Source: Octopus sinensis (Eukaryota). Taken from it: 64,000 nt of DNA. The stretch spans positions 45,384,001-45,448,000 of the forward strand of contig NC_042998.1 of NCBI RefSeq assembly GCF_006345805.1, read 5' to 3'. The notes under the pieces are model-generated. The model saw only the letters and a list, made by a program, of their open reading frames with translations, had not been told where the DNA came from and searched no databases. The position numbers and the translations under genes are program-made. Numbering within the stretch: position 1 is the stretch's first letter; every line of letters begins with the position of its first letter. This document shows, one piece after another, positions 24,020 to 35,419 of this stretch.

Positions 24020-24995
24020 ATTTTTACTCATTGTGATCAAATTTTGTTAACTCTGTTGGACACTGGATTACCATTTTTGTATGCTCTGCTGGATAATGGA
24101 TAATCTATTTATCATGCTGTACTGGACAATGGATTGTTCATTTCTCATTACTGGACACCAGAATCTCTCCTTCTGCACACACAGACTTGGATTAGAAATG
24201 TAACATATGTAATTCACTTCTAGTGATGCTAACCAAGCAAAGATTATTACTTTATGACCATTCATCATTGTAGGGCTCTATGGAATTCATTGACACTTCT
24301 GCTTCTTAAAATAGATGAAACATTTCCCTTCACTGCAACAGAAGCAGCAAATTGTAATAATTACTTGAACTACTCTTTCAACAGATGATGTTTACAATAT
24401 CTTCCCTATTCCCAACATAAATACAGTTCTTTGAATAGGGGGCAGGAATATGTTTACAATATTCCTCTTATTTTGTATATGTTCCATTTTATTAGGAATT
24501 TATTTGTTTCTGCATCATTTTTTTTCCCTAAAATTAATTTCTGCAGATTTTTCTTCACTTCAGTTTGCCTTTATAACATTTGAAACATTTGATACTTAGA
24601 TATCTAGATTATCTTTAATATTCATTACTCACTGAGTTTTCCTCTCTCTATTATATTTATTTTGTTTGTTTTTGGAATTTTTTTTTTAATTTTCTGTGTT
24701 AAGTGCATTTTTTTTTTTTAAGTTGATACCCACCGTTATATCTTGTACCTGGTGTTTCTATACCAGTTTGGACATTGCTAAGTTGACAGCCATTAAAATT
24801 TTATCTTCTATCAGAATAAACCCATTAGAAGAAATTGTTGGAGGCCTTGCTGTATTACAAGAAATTTAATGCAACTATGATCCTTGCTATGAAAAAAAGA
24901 ACTCTTTTAGAAATATGGGACATTTTGTGTGAATCATTTCTTCTGGTGGACGTGATCAAGACTGAAAATACAATGCCATATTTACAGGGTTTTAT

Positions 24996-25027
<32 letters not shown>

Positions 25028-26850
25028 ATTAGTTGCTGGTATTTATAATTACTAATACTTAACTCCTTGTCATTGTTGCTTATATTTTAGTTAACAACAA
25101 CAAATGATAAATGCCAATTCCTTAGAGGGTTGAATCTGGTTGTGTACTTCACTCAGGAAAACTGCTGTTGGTTGCCATTATGTATATTTTCCCCAACCAC
25201 CCATCTCATTCCTAAAATATTAACTTGATTAACTCAATCAGTATTTTTTGGCCTACCTGTTGTTGTAATCACTAGACAATTAATTCTTCAGTAATGGCAA
25301 TTTATATCATTTCATCTAATTCTAAGAGAGCAATAATCTGGCTAGTTTTGCTTTTTATGTTTACAAATAAGAATTTAAAATCAATGTTTAATATTGGTTC
25401 TTAAACCAATGTTTAATATGGTTCTCTTTCCAACTTGTATAAAACCCTGATGCTGTTACAAAATAATTTCAAGTTATCAAGTTATTCTGGAATAATCATT
25501 TTATTTAGCTTTTGTTAGTCAATCAAACCATTATAAAATAACAAGATAAACTAACCTAGTTTGTTTTCATTTTTGTTTTTTTATTAGTTTTAATATTTAC
25601 AGTTTATCCACTTTTATTTTTGTTCTTCAAAAGAAAATGAGAAAATGAACTGATGCTTCATCCTCTCCCCCCTCTCTCTCTCTCCTTTTCCCTGTCTTAT
25701 ATACACACATGAAAAGGGTTGTGGATTATAGTTGTTATTGTTTGTCTTTGTTAGTTGTCTGTTTGCTTTTATATTCCACTTGGTTTTTCTGATAGCAGAC
25801 TACTTTGAAGATAAAACTTCAATGGCTGCAGTAATTAACATTGTAATATTTTCTTTTCATAATTTGGAAAATGATTATGGCATTTCCTTTTCCAGTTTGA
25901 GATTACTTGTATAACATATTTGACTGTCACAAAGCAGTTAACAATAATGAAAGGGCCTTTAGGCAGCTTGTTTTATTTTATTTTTATTTATTATTATTAT
26001 TATTACTATTATTATTATTACCATTATTATTATTACCATTATTATTATTATTATAATTATACTAATAAAGGACTGAAATTCTATCTCTGAAACATCTATA
26101 AAAACTTGATATTTGTGCTATTTTGTTAATTCTAATATTTCTGCCAGCAGATTAGCAGGATATATGCACTACAAATATGCCATATTTTTCTAGTTGGATG
26201 ACATACCAAAACCTTCAATAATGTTGGTATATTTGGGCGGGAGGGTTTAACCTTGCCCTAACCAACAGCAACCTGTTGGATTAGAAGAGAAAAACCATAA
26301 AAATGATAAAAACTTTTCCATGTTTTACAAGTTAAATGACTGTTGATAAAACATGACATCTCAAACAGGTCAAGGAATTTATATGACTTTTGCTACAGAT
26401 TGGCAGGAAATATTCCTAATAACATTAAAACTATGAACAAAATATATAGCAATAGTCATTATTTCAAATGAAACCATTGAAAATTCCCCTTCTATTTTTA
26501 TTTTATTTTACTTGAGGAAATGTATGAAAAAAATTAATAATAATAATAATGCCTTGGTGATGCTGCTAATACCGTTTGGTTAGCTTTGTTAAGAGTGACA
26601 ACTGCTGGAGGCTGAAACATTGGAGCAGTGTGCTTCCCTCTTGCTGCATCATCACTTCTTCAGAATACTCACTGACAGCTGTGTGTGACTTTTTTAATGT
26701 GTGTTGTGTGTTTGCATTAAAGTTTTTACACACTATTTCATTGTTATCCAAATTTGTATTCTTTTTATTTGAAAAAAAAAAAAAAAAATTATGTTTTCCT
26801 TTTCCTCCCATAGCATTATTATAAATTGTATAAATAAAGGTTTTGATTTA
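24020..26850 (+). other. Putative long 3' UTR of the TBC1D12/14-like gene
   Basis: AT/U-rich stretch after the stop codon with no recognisable SINE; AATAAA at 26833-26838. The true 3' end cannot be fixed without transcript data. Confidence 0.5.
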
Positions 26851-28104
26851 TAAGTTGCCAGGGATGTGCAGCTGAAGATTCCCCTCACCATTTGATGTGA
26901 TAAAACAGTTATCTGTGAGTTATTTTTGCAGCAAATGCTTTGGTAGCAGCACTTCTGTAGAGCCTAGCCTTTCAGCTACGAAACCAACAATCCATTTTAT
27001 CTCCTTGTGTCGCAACTGCCAATGTCCAGTGGTGCCAGATTACATCAGTTCTGCAGCTGAGCATGTCCAAATATCTTTCCATTATCAACCAGAATCTCTC
27101 TCTCTCTCTCTCTCTGTACAAGATAAATTAACAAGAATTAAAGTTTTACAATATTCTTACTAGCAGATTTGTTGATTGCTGTAATGATTATTTGAAATCA
27201 AAATCAAAGGGAAATTACTTTTTTCTTTATCTTTTTTTTTCTCATTTCTTTTTCTGAAATGCTATTAATAATTGGTTGAAATATCCAGTCATAACTTGAG
27301 GACTAATTTATATAATACCAGATCTATCATTTCTTAATTGAAATGAAATTTTACTGGTCAGTGTGTTAAATTATAAGGCACAAAAAGAAAATGACTCTCC
27401 CCAGACACAACAGAATATGTTTCAACACACGAACTCACATAAAGAATCTTGCAAACCAAATCCAAAAACGAAATGACAATGTTATTGAAGGAATAAAGTG
27501 ACCTAGACAAACCACCCTTTACAGAAAGTCATAGCATAAACAGAAAAATCTACAGACATATTGAGTGAATAACTTTGTGAGTAAGCAAACATTCCTTATA
27601 ACAGATAAACAATAGCACATTTATTGGGTCCCTGTTCTTTCTAACCTGCCATGGTCTATTTGGGCTGTAGCTTCAATCAATTGCCCAGTTTCTAAGATGC
27701 TTCTAAGGGAGTTAACTCTGTTGCAAGCATTCAAACCAAGTCTCCATTCCAAGGATACATTCAAATTAAGAGTTTTTATTCGACTTGTCTTCAAAAGTGC
27801 AGAGCTCCTGGTCTATTTGTTTACAGGGAAATACAACAAACATCACCGTCTATAGCTCAGTGCTATTTTTTATATATGGAATCACAGAATGTAAACATTC
27901 ACACGCATATACATATGAAAGTTGTCTAAGAATTCATGAGTCAGGAAAAAAAACATGCACCTACATATATATGTCAATAGAGTAGATATATTAAAGTATA
28001 CGGTATTATAGCTCCATTTCGCCCGATTTTATCAATCAATTTCACACTGAGTATTAAATAACAGTACAATTAAGTAACACCACATACACTTCAAAGTATG
28101 CATA

Positions 28105-28558
28105 TCTTTATATATAAAAGTGAAATTGTGTGTCTGTCTCCTACGATTTAGATTCTTAACTACTCCCACATTTTGCGGTGCAGTTTAACCAAAACCGGGT
28201 ATCTTATAGTCGTGATTCATATCGAGCCCTTCTGGGTATTAGCGCGCGTCTACGATTTTAAAAATAATTTACCATCATTTTAATGCATTTTTTCGCTATT
28301 ATATAAGGGAAGTAGCTCTCTAAAAATGTCTACGATGAGTCAACGATTTAAAAAAAAATTTACCATCATTTTTTTCCATTTTAATGCATTTTTTCGCTAT
28401 TATATAAGGGAAGTAACTCTAAAAATGTCAACGATTTAAAAAAAAATTTACCATCATTTTTTTCCATTTTTAATACATTTTTTTGGCTATAAATCTCTAA
28501 AAATGCTTATATAGTTATTTCCCTTACAAACCCAAGCAACGCCGGGCGATACTGCTAG
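28105..28558 (+). mobile_element. Non-autonomous Helitron with internal 70-85 bp tandem repeats
   Basis: A|TCTTTATATATAAAAG 5' end; GCAACGCCGGGCGATACTG-CTAG|T 3' end; inserted at A/T with no TSD. About 3 internal repeats of ACGATTTAAAAAAAATTTACCATCATTTT. Confidence 0.8.
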
Positions 28559-29032
28559 TATATTATATATTAATAATAATATATTATAAAATATATATAA
28601 TCGCTCATATTAAATATATAAATACTTTAATAGTATTAATACTTTGATACAATAGAGCACTCGATGTAAATTCAGTATATAATATTCTCATTCAATATAT
28701 TTAACTAAAGATTTATTGCCAAATATATGTATGCAAACTGGCCATATTTGGCCTAAATATTCTACTTCCTTTATGTTGAAACCAGCCAAATCTAGCCTCT
28801 TATACCTACACAATGATATTCCCAAAGTAAAGAGTCACATCACAGAAATCTCAAGGCTACAAGATAATGCAGGATTAATTCCAAACAATGTGAATAAATA
28901 AGCATTACATTCGGCAGTAATCTGAATACAAAAGAGTTAAGTAAATTTACCTTTTAATGATGTATTTACTTTAAGTATATGTCCAGACATAGCATCCCTT
29001 ATGAACATACTGTGTTTAAAAACAAATAAGAT

Positions 29033-29070
<38 letters not shown>

Positions 29071-29847
29071 TTATCGTTTAATGTCTGCTTTCCATGCTAG
29101 CATGGTTTGGACGATTTGACTGAGGTCTGGCAAACCAGATTCCAATCTGATATGGCAGAGTTTCTACAGCTGGATGCCCTTCCTAATGCCAACCACTCCG
29201 AGAGTGTCGTGGATGCTTTTACGTGCCACCGGCACGAAGGCTAGTCAGGTAGTACTGGCAGTGGCCACGCTCAAATGGGGCTCTTTATGTGCCACCTGCA
29301 CAGGAGCCAGTCCAGCGGCACTGGCAATGACCTCGCTTAAATGTTTTTTCACATGCCACCAGCACAAGTGCCAGTAAAGTGACGCAGGTATGATCACGCT
29401 CAAATGGTGCCTTTTACGTGCCATCAGCACAGAGGCCAGCTTGTTGCTCTGGCAATGATCAGATATATATATATATATATATGTGAAAGGGAGACAAAAA
29501 TCATCCCAACAGCAACTACACAAGAATGCTAAATGCATTTTGGCCTCATTGGGCCTTGTCAATGGTATGTACTCACAACCAGCCACATAGATGAAGTTTT
29601 ACCACTTTTGATATATAGAAAAACAGTGAAAAACATTTGTACTGCAAATAGCCACCCTTATTTTTTATGTTTATGTAATTGTTCTGCAAGATTCTTGATG
29701 TGAAATCGTGTTGAAACAGATATTGTTATACATGGGGATGGTCATATTCTATACATACGTAATCTTCACTTCAGCTTTATTATTATTATTCTCTCCACAA
29801 ATTTCAGGCCTTGTGCCTTTGGTAGATATTATTATTATTATTATTAA

Positions 29848-30412
29848 GGTGATGAGCTGGCAGTATTATTAGCACGCTGGACAAAATGCTTAGTGGTATT
29901 TTGCCCATTGCTACATTCTGAGTTCAAATTCTGCTGAGGTCGACTTTCATCATTTCAGAGTCAATAAATTAAGTACCAGTGGAACACTGGAGTTGATGTA
30001 ATAGACTTCACCCTCCCCAAAAATTTCAGGCCTTGTGCATTCAGTAGAAAGAATTATTATTATTATTAAGGTGGCAAGCTGGCAGTATTGTTAGCATGCT
30101 TAGCGGTATTTTGTCTGCCGCTACGTTCTGAGTTCAAATTCCGCCGAGGTCAACTTTGCCTTGCATCCTTTTGGGGTCAATTAAATAAGTACCAGTTATG
30201 CACTGGGGTCAATATAATCGACTTAATCTGTTTGTCCTCTCTGTTTAGCCCCTTGTGGGTAATAAAGAAATAGGTATTTCACCTATCACTACATTCTGAG
30301 TTCAAATTCCTTTCGGGGTCAATAAATTAAGTACCAGTGAAACACTGAACTCGATGTAATCAACTGCTTCCCTTCCTCCGAATTTCAGGCTTTGTTCCTT
30401 TAGCAGAAAGGA
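29848..30412 (+). mobile_element. Tandem array of about 3 tRNA-derived SINE copies (same family as 783-1432)
   Basis: Repeated GAGTTCAAATTC...GGGGTCAA..AAATTAAGTACCAGT...AATTTCAGGCCTTGTGC units separated by (ATT)n. Confidence 0.7.
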
Positions 30413-30413
30413 T

Positions 30414-30740
30414 TATTACCTCTGCATTAGCAAAGGTATTGTTTTCAGTTGTGTTTGTTTGTCCATGGACAGGATATCTCAAGAACTATTGGATAGATTC
30501 GGATGAAACTTTCAGAGATGTTTGGCCTCATGACTGGCATGAACTGGTTAATTTTTGTGATCGATCCAGTACCGGACAAGGATTCTGGATTTTTTTTTCC
30601 GGTTTTAATTTTTGAGAGTGGTCAGTTTCATTTTCGTTTGTGAAAGCAGTCAAGTTTGTTTCAGATATTCTCGTTTTGAAAATCATCTCCAGCTAATCAT
30701 TGAGAGGACATTGGTGGAGGTTTGTGCTCTTGGCATTGTT
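30414..30740 (+). mobile_element. Helentron/HINE-like non-autonomous element
   Basis: ATTATTACCTCTGC...GGT.TTGTTTTC...GTTTGTTTGTC start, GATGAAACTTT centre, GGTGGAGGTTTGTGCTCT end. Family recognised from memory, not by alignment. Confidence 0.45.
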
Positions 30741-31512
30741 ATTATTTTAGTGTCTTTGTCTAAATCCTTTTATTACACATTCTGTGACCTTGTCAGTGAC
30801 TGAAGACCAAGTATACAGTGCATGGGTTGAATTGGCAAGATATGACCACCCAACCGAATATAACAACACCCTTATTTTATTAATCATAATTTCACATATA
30901 ATTTTGTTTTTCAAAGCATACAAACATTAGTAATAGTATAGCTCTTCTAAAGCTTTAACTTATATTTTTAAATACCTGAGTGCACCTCAATACTATTTGG
31001 AGTGTACCAGAATATCATGAGCATCATTTTAGAATCTCTGGTCTTAAGGGATGAAACTAAATCCTGTTTAGTATTTAGTTATTTGCTACATTGCCACTTC
31101 TGCCATATAAGTATCTCAATAATGATACTTGTTTCTTTCATTGACACAGAATGAAATCCACTCAGAACGAGACTAATAGTTATTTGTACCAATGAAGAAG
31201 TCACTATATGGTTGCTTGACCTGCCGAAAAATAATTGAGAAATAGGTGCAGACATGGTTCTGTGGTAAGAAGCTGGCTTCCCAACCACATGGGTTCAGTC
31301 TCACTACAATAGCCTCAGGCCAGCCAAAGCCTTATTAGTGGATTTGGAAGATGGAAACTGAAAGAAGCCCATCATATATATATATAATATATGTGTGTGT
31401 GTGTTCCCCCACATGTATATACACACACGATCAATAACTAGTGTTGGTGTGTTTACATCTTTGTAACTTAGCAGTTCAGCAAAAATAAGTACTGGGGTCG
31501 ATTAAACACACT

Positions 31513-31543
<31 letters not shown>

Positions 31544-32174
31544 GCAATAATAATTGACTAAAATTCCTCAATCAACTAAAATTTCTCAAGGCGGTGCTCC
31601 AGCATGACTGAAACGAGTAAAAAGATATAATTTTCACACCACACCTAAAATTTGCAGTTTAATGAGTAATGCAGTACTAGATATATGGTATAATCATAAA
31701 AACAAAAAACAAGATGGTCACGTTTGGAATGCTCTTGATCTTAGGTGTACAAGATCAGCGCTGACCTGGGACTAAACAACCACAATACTTATATACTAGC
31801 TGGACCCGTGAAAAATTCACGGAAAACATAAAAAAATGTAAGCATCTGTAAACAGTGTACTGGTGTCATGAGAAATGTTTGTATATTATGCCCGTCTGTC
31901 TTCACATTCTGTAGAGATCAACTTAGCCTTTCATCCTTTCAGGGTCAACAAATTAAGTATCAGTTGTGTACTGGGAGTCAATCTAATCAACTGATTCCCC
32001 CCACACACACACACACACACACAAAAAAAAATTCAGGCATAGAAAAGTATATTGTGACAGTTACGGAATATAGAAAGTAATGTAACACCAATGACTATAT
32101 AATCCAACCAAAATATCTGTTACACAAACGTAATATATAGATATATATACATACATGTGTGTGTGCGCACATAC

Positions 32175-32555
32175 GTGTACGTGTGTATATGAAGATTCTA
32201 TGAACAAAGTATTACTTTCCCCATGCCTATTGGAGTAATTTCCTTCTATTCAATGGTTTTTTTCTCATACCGTTTGTCTTAATAACTGATGAGATGCCGG
32301 AGCATTATGACAACCAACTAATTGTCACATATTATATACATATATATATATATATATTGATAAAAACAGTAAGATAACAAAAGAAAAAAAGAGACCTTGA
32401 TATTATGTAGATAGAGGAATTTACCTTTAAATGTAATATGAATAGATGGTGGGCATGGATTTCCACCTCAGCATCCGAAACTTGGAGTTTTATCTTGTGT
32501 GTGTGTGTACGTGTATATGAGAGGATTCTATAAACAAAGTATTACTTTCCCCATG
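32175..32555 (+). ncRNA. Candidate type I hammerhead ribozyme/retrozyme-like unit, interrupted
   Basis: CTGATGAGATGCCGGAGCAT (32286-32305) and GCATCCGAAACTTGGAGTTTTAT (32471-32493) reconstitute a hammerhead core. About 50-bp direct repeats at about 32175-32225 and 32505-32555. Confidence 0.5.
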
Positions 32556-32703
32556 ATAGATCGTTAGCCACTACACATATTTTTTTTCTGTAGAAGGGCG
32601 TAGGCTCAAAACATAAAAGACTTTTTCTATTCCTGAGCGTTATACTAATACATCTGTCTGCTTTGTACACCACCTGTCTTCGTCTTTTGTTTTTTTTGTA
32701 AAC
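32556..32703 (+). mobile_element. Penelope-like element terminal fragment (family A, copy 2)
   Basis: ATAGATCGTTAGCCACTAC...GAAGGGCGTAGGCTCAAAACAT...CTGAGCGTTATACTAATACATCTG is homologous to 9244-9424 in the opposite orientation. Confidence 0.45.
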
Positions 32704-33514
32704 ATATATATATATATATATATCTCATCATTTAACGTCCATTGTCCATACTGGCAAAGTTTTCTACAGATGGACGCCCTTCCTAATACCAACGACTCCA
32801 AGAATGTAATGGGTGCTTTTACATGCCACTGGCATGGGTGCCCATTTGCATGATACCAGTATCTGTCATGACTGTAATCTTGCTTAGTTTGATAGGTCTT
32901 CTCAAGCACAACATAATGCCAAAGGTTTCAGTCATTGCCTCTGAGGCCCAACACTCAAAAGGAGCTCAGCCATTTTGCTTCCATGAGGCCCAATGCTTGA
33001 AAGGAACTCAGCCACTTTCCCTCTGTGAGGTCCAACACTTAAAAGGTGTTCTTTACATGCCTCCAGCACAGGTGCACGTGGATTGATGGGTCCTCTCAAG
33101 CACAGCACATCCCCAAAGGTCCTCACATCGCTGAACATAGGCAAACTTCTTTCATGCTTCTCCCTTGGCTAGACATGCTTGTCTCCTAGCAATCTGATAC
33201 AGTTCCCTGCTACCCACATTTTTCCAGGTCTGTTTCTTAGCTCTAATGGTCCTGTCTACCACAGCGTTCCACCACCACCCTAGGTCTGAATGGGACTTTA
33301 CACCAGTTACACATTTGGTCTGTGGCACTCAGCAAACTGTCCCCTCAGTTGCCCTCTATGTCACAAGTCTATACCTCTTCCTCCCTTTCATTGAATTTCT
33401 CAATTAGGATGTCACTAAATCTCTGATATGAAGGGTCTTTAAGCTTCCAAATCTTTCTTTTCCAGATTGGTTTATTTCTTGGCATCCTTCTGGCCTGGAG
33501 TCTAAGGTCACTAA

Positions 33515-33901
33515 TCTACATATATAAAGCAGAAATTGTCTGTGCATGGCAGGTTTGGTAGCCTTCAACTAACACTATCTCCTCCGAGACCTTGCAGCGC
33601 AAGTTGACCAAAATTGAGAGCATGATAGAAGGCTTGCTCTTCATTCCATAGAAGAAAAAATTCAAATCGGACCATGTTAAGACCAAAAATTATTTACATC
33701 AAAAAGGTGCTTTTTTTTTTCTATGAAAATACCTACTGTTTTTACTGCTGTGTCGCCATTTTTCGGTGTATTTCAACCAGAAAAATGTTCACTTAAAGAG
33801 AATAACAAGCTACATAATGCAAAATTTTTACTTTTCAAAAATTCCAATTCTAAAGGGTGAAAAGAAATCAAAACCCAAGCAACACCGGGCTATACTGCTA
33901 G
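33515..33901 (+). mobile_element. Non-autonomous Helitron, second subfamily
   Basis: A|TCTACATATATAAAGC 5' end; AAACCCAAGCAACACCGGGCTATACTG-CTAG|T 3' end, nearly the same as in 28105-28558; interior different. Confidence 0.78.
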
Positions 33902-34208
33902 TGTATATATATATATTTAAATACATAAACAAATACAATACCACATAAATTCTCGATGTATTAAAATTATCTCTGCTATTAGAGGAGAATTACAATTACT
34001 AAAAGGCAATAAATAGATAACAGCTCCACATGACAAGGGGAGATAATCTCAAGACTTAAGAATTCTCCGTAGTTGATATGCTAGTATGGAAAAGGACAGT
34101 CTTGGATGTGCTCATATATAAATATGTGTTCGTATATATACAGGGTATATCTTGTATGTACAATTAAATGTGTAACTGCAACTGTTGAGTTTAGAGCTTC
34201 ATATAGAT

Positions 34209-34525
34209 TAGTGGTTCTCAACTGGGATCCATAAGATTTTTAGAGGTCCACACAGGAGAATAGTAAATTGGGGATCCACAATAGTATTTCAAGGGACCTT
34301 GAAAGATTTCGTTTTAGGTTTATGTATTGCAAGAAACAGCTACGTTTCTTTCTGTAACATTTTACAAAGGTCAACCAATCCAAGTTAATGTGTGAAAAAC
34401 AAAATCAGAATTTCAAAGAAAGTCTCTATGAAACTAGTTTTTAAGCAACAAATGGCTAGGGGTGTTCCCAGAATAAAACAACAATCAAAGGAATCCATAG
34501 ACAAAAAATGGTTGAGAATGCCTAA
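34209..34525. mobile_element. hAT/Charlie-like MITE
   Basis: TAGTGGTTCTCAAC ... GTTGAGAATGCCTA termini resemble the CAGTGGTTCTCAAC hAT TIRs. Confidence 0.55.
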
Positions 34526-35419
34526 CACAGATTGTCATCATCTAGTCAAGTAGTTTGGTTACTACTGTATGTAGAACTAGAGCAAATGGAGAAATTATGA
34601 TAAACACAAGTGATATATAGTCAAGAGTGCATTTTGCATCATAAGCCAATACGAGTTTCTCTCATGGTATCTACTGCAGAATAGCTTGTTCTAACAGAAC
34701 ATCCATATAAAACTATGATTATATTTACTTTAACACATTCCTGCTTCATGAGCTTTTCCAACTTAAGCTTTAACATACCTATTTCTTTACTACCAACAAG
34801 GAGCTAAACACAGGGGACAAACAAACAGATTAAGTCGATTACATCGACCCCAGTACATAACTGGTACTTAATTTATCGACCCCGAAAGGATGAACAGTAA
34901 AGTCGACTTCGGCAGAATTTGAACTCAGAAAGTAACAGCAGACGAAATACGGCTACGCATTTCGCCCGGCATGCTAACAGTTCTGCCATGCCAAATCTGG
35001 TTCAGCCACTCAACTTACCAGCCTTGGTCAAACTGCCCAGTCCATGCCTGCATGGACAACGGATGTTAAATGATGATTATATATACATGTAAGGATTTGC
35101 AATTTTCTCATTTTTACATGTGTTCACTGACTAAACAATCAACCTCACTATCAATACAGCTGGTGTCATATGTTTGCAGTCAATCATGAAATCATGCAAG
35201 GGCCGCCTGACATGTTGCATGCTCTTTGAAAAAAGAAAGAAAAAAGGCTCTACATCCAGGCTGCTCATTGTCCAATACATAAGAGAATATCTTAGTTCAA
35301 AACATGTCAAGGGTAGCGAGAGGAAGAGCTTCTGGTTGTACAATATCAGCCAAAATCTGCCCAACCCATGGGCAAGGATGGGAAGGTGGACATTACAATG
35401 AAGATGATAATGACCAACT

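Noticed and set aside
27610-27810. About 64-codon minus-strand open frame between the two genes
   Set aside because: No ATG, no recognisable motif and no partner exons; the length is compatible with chance.
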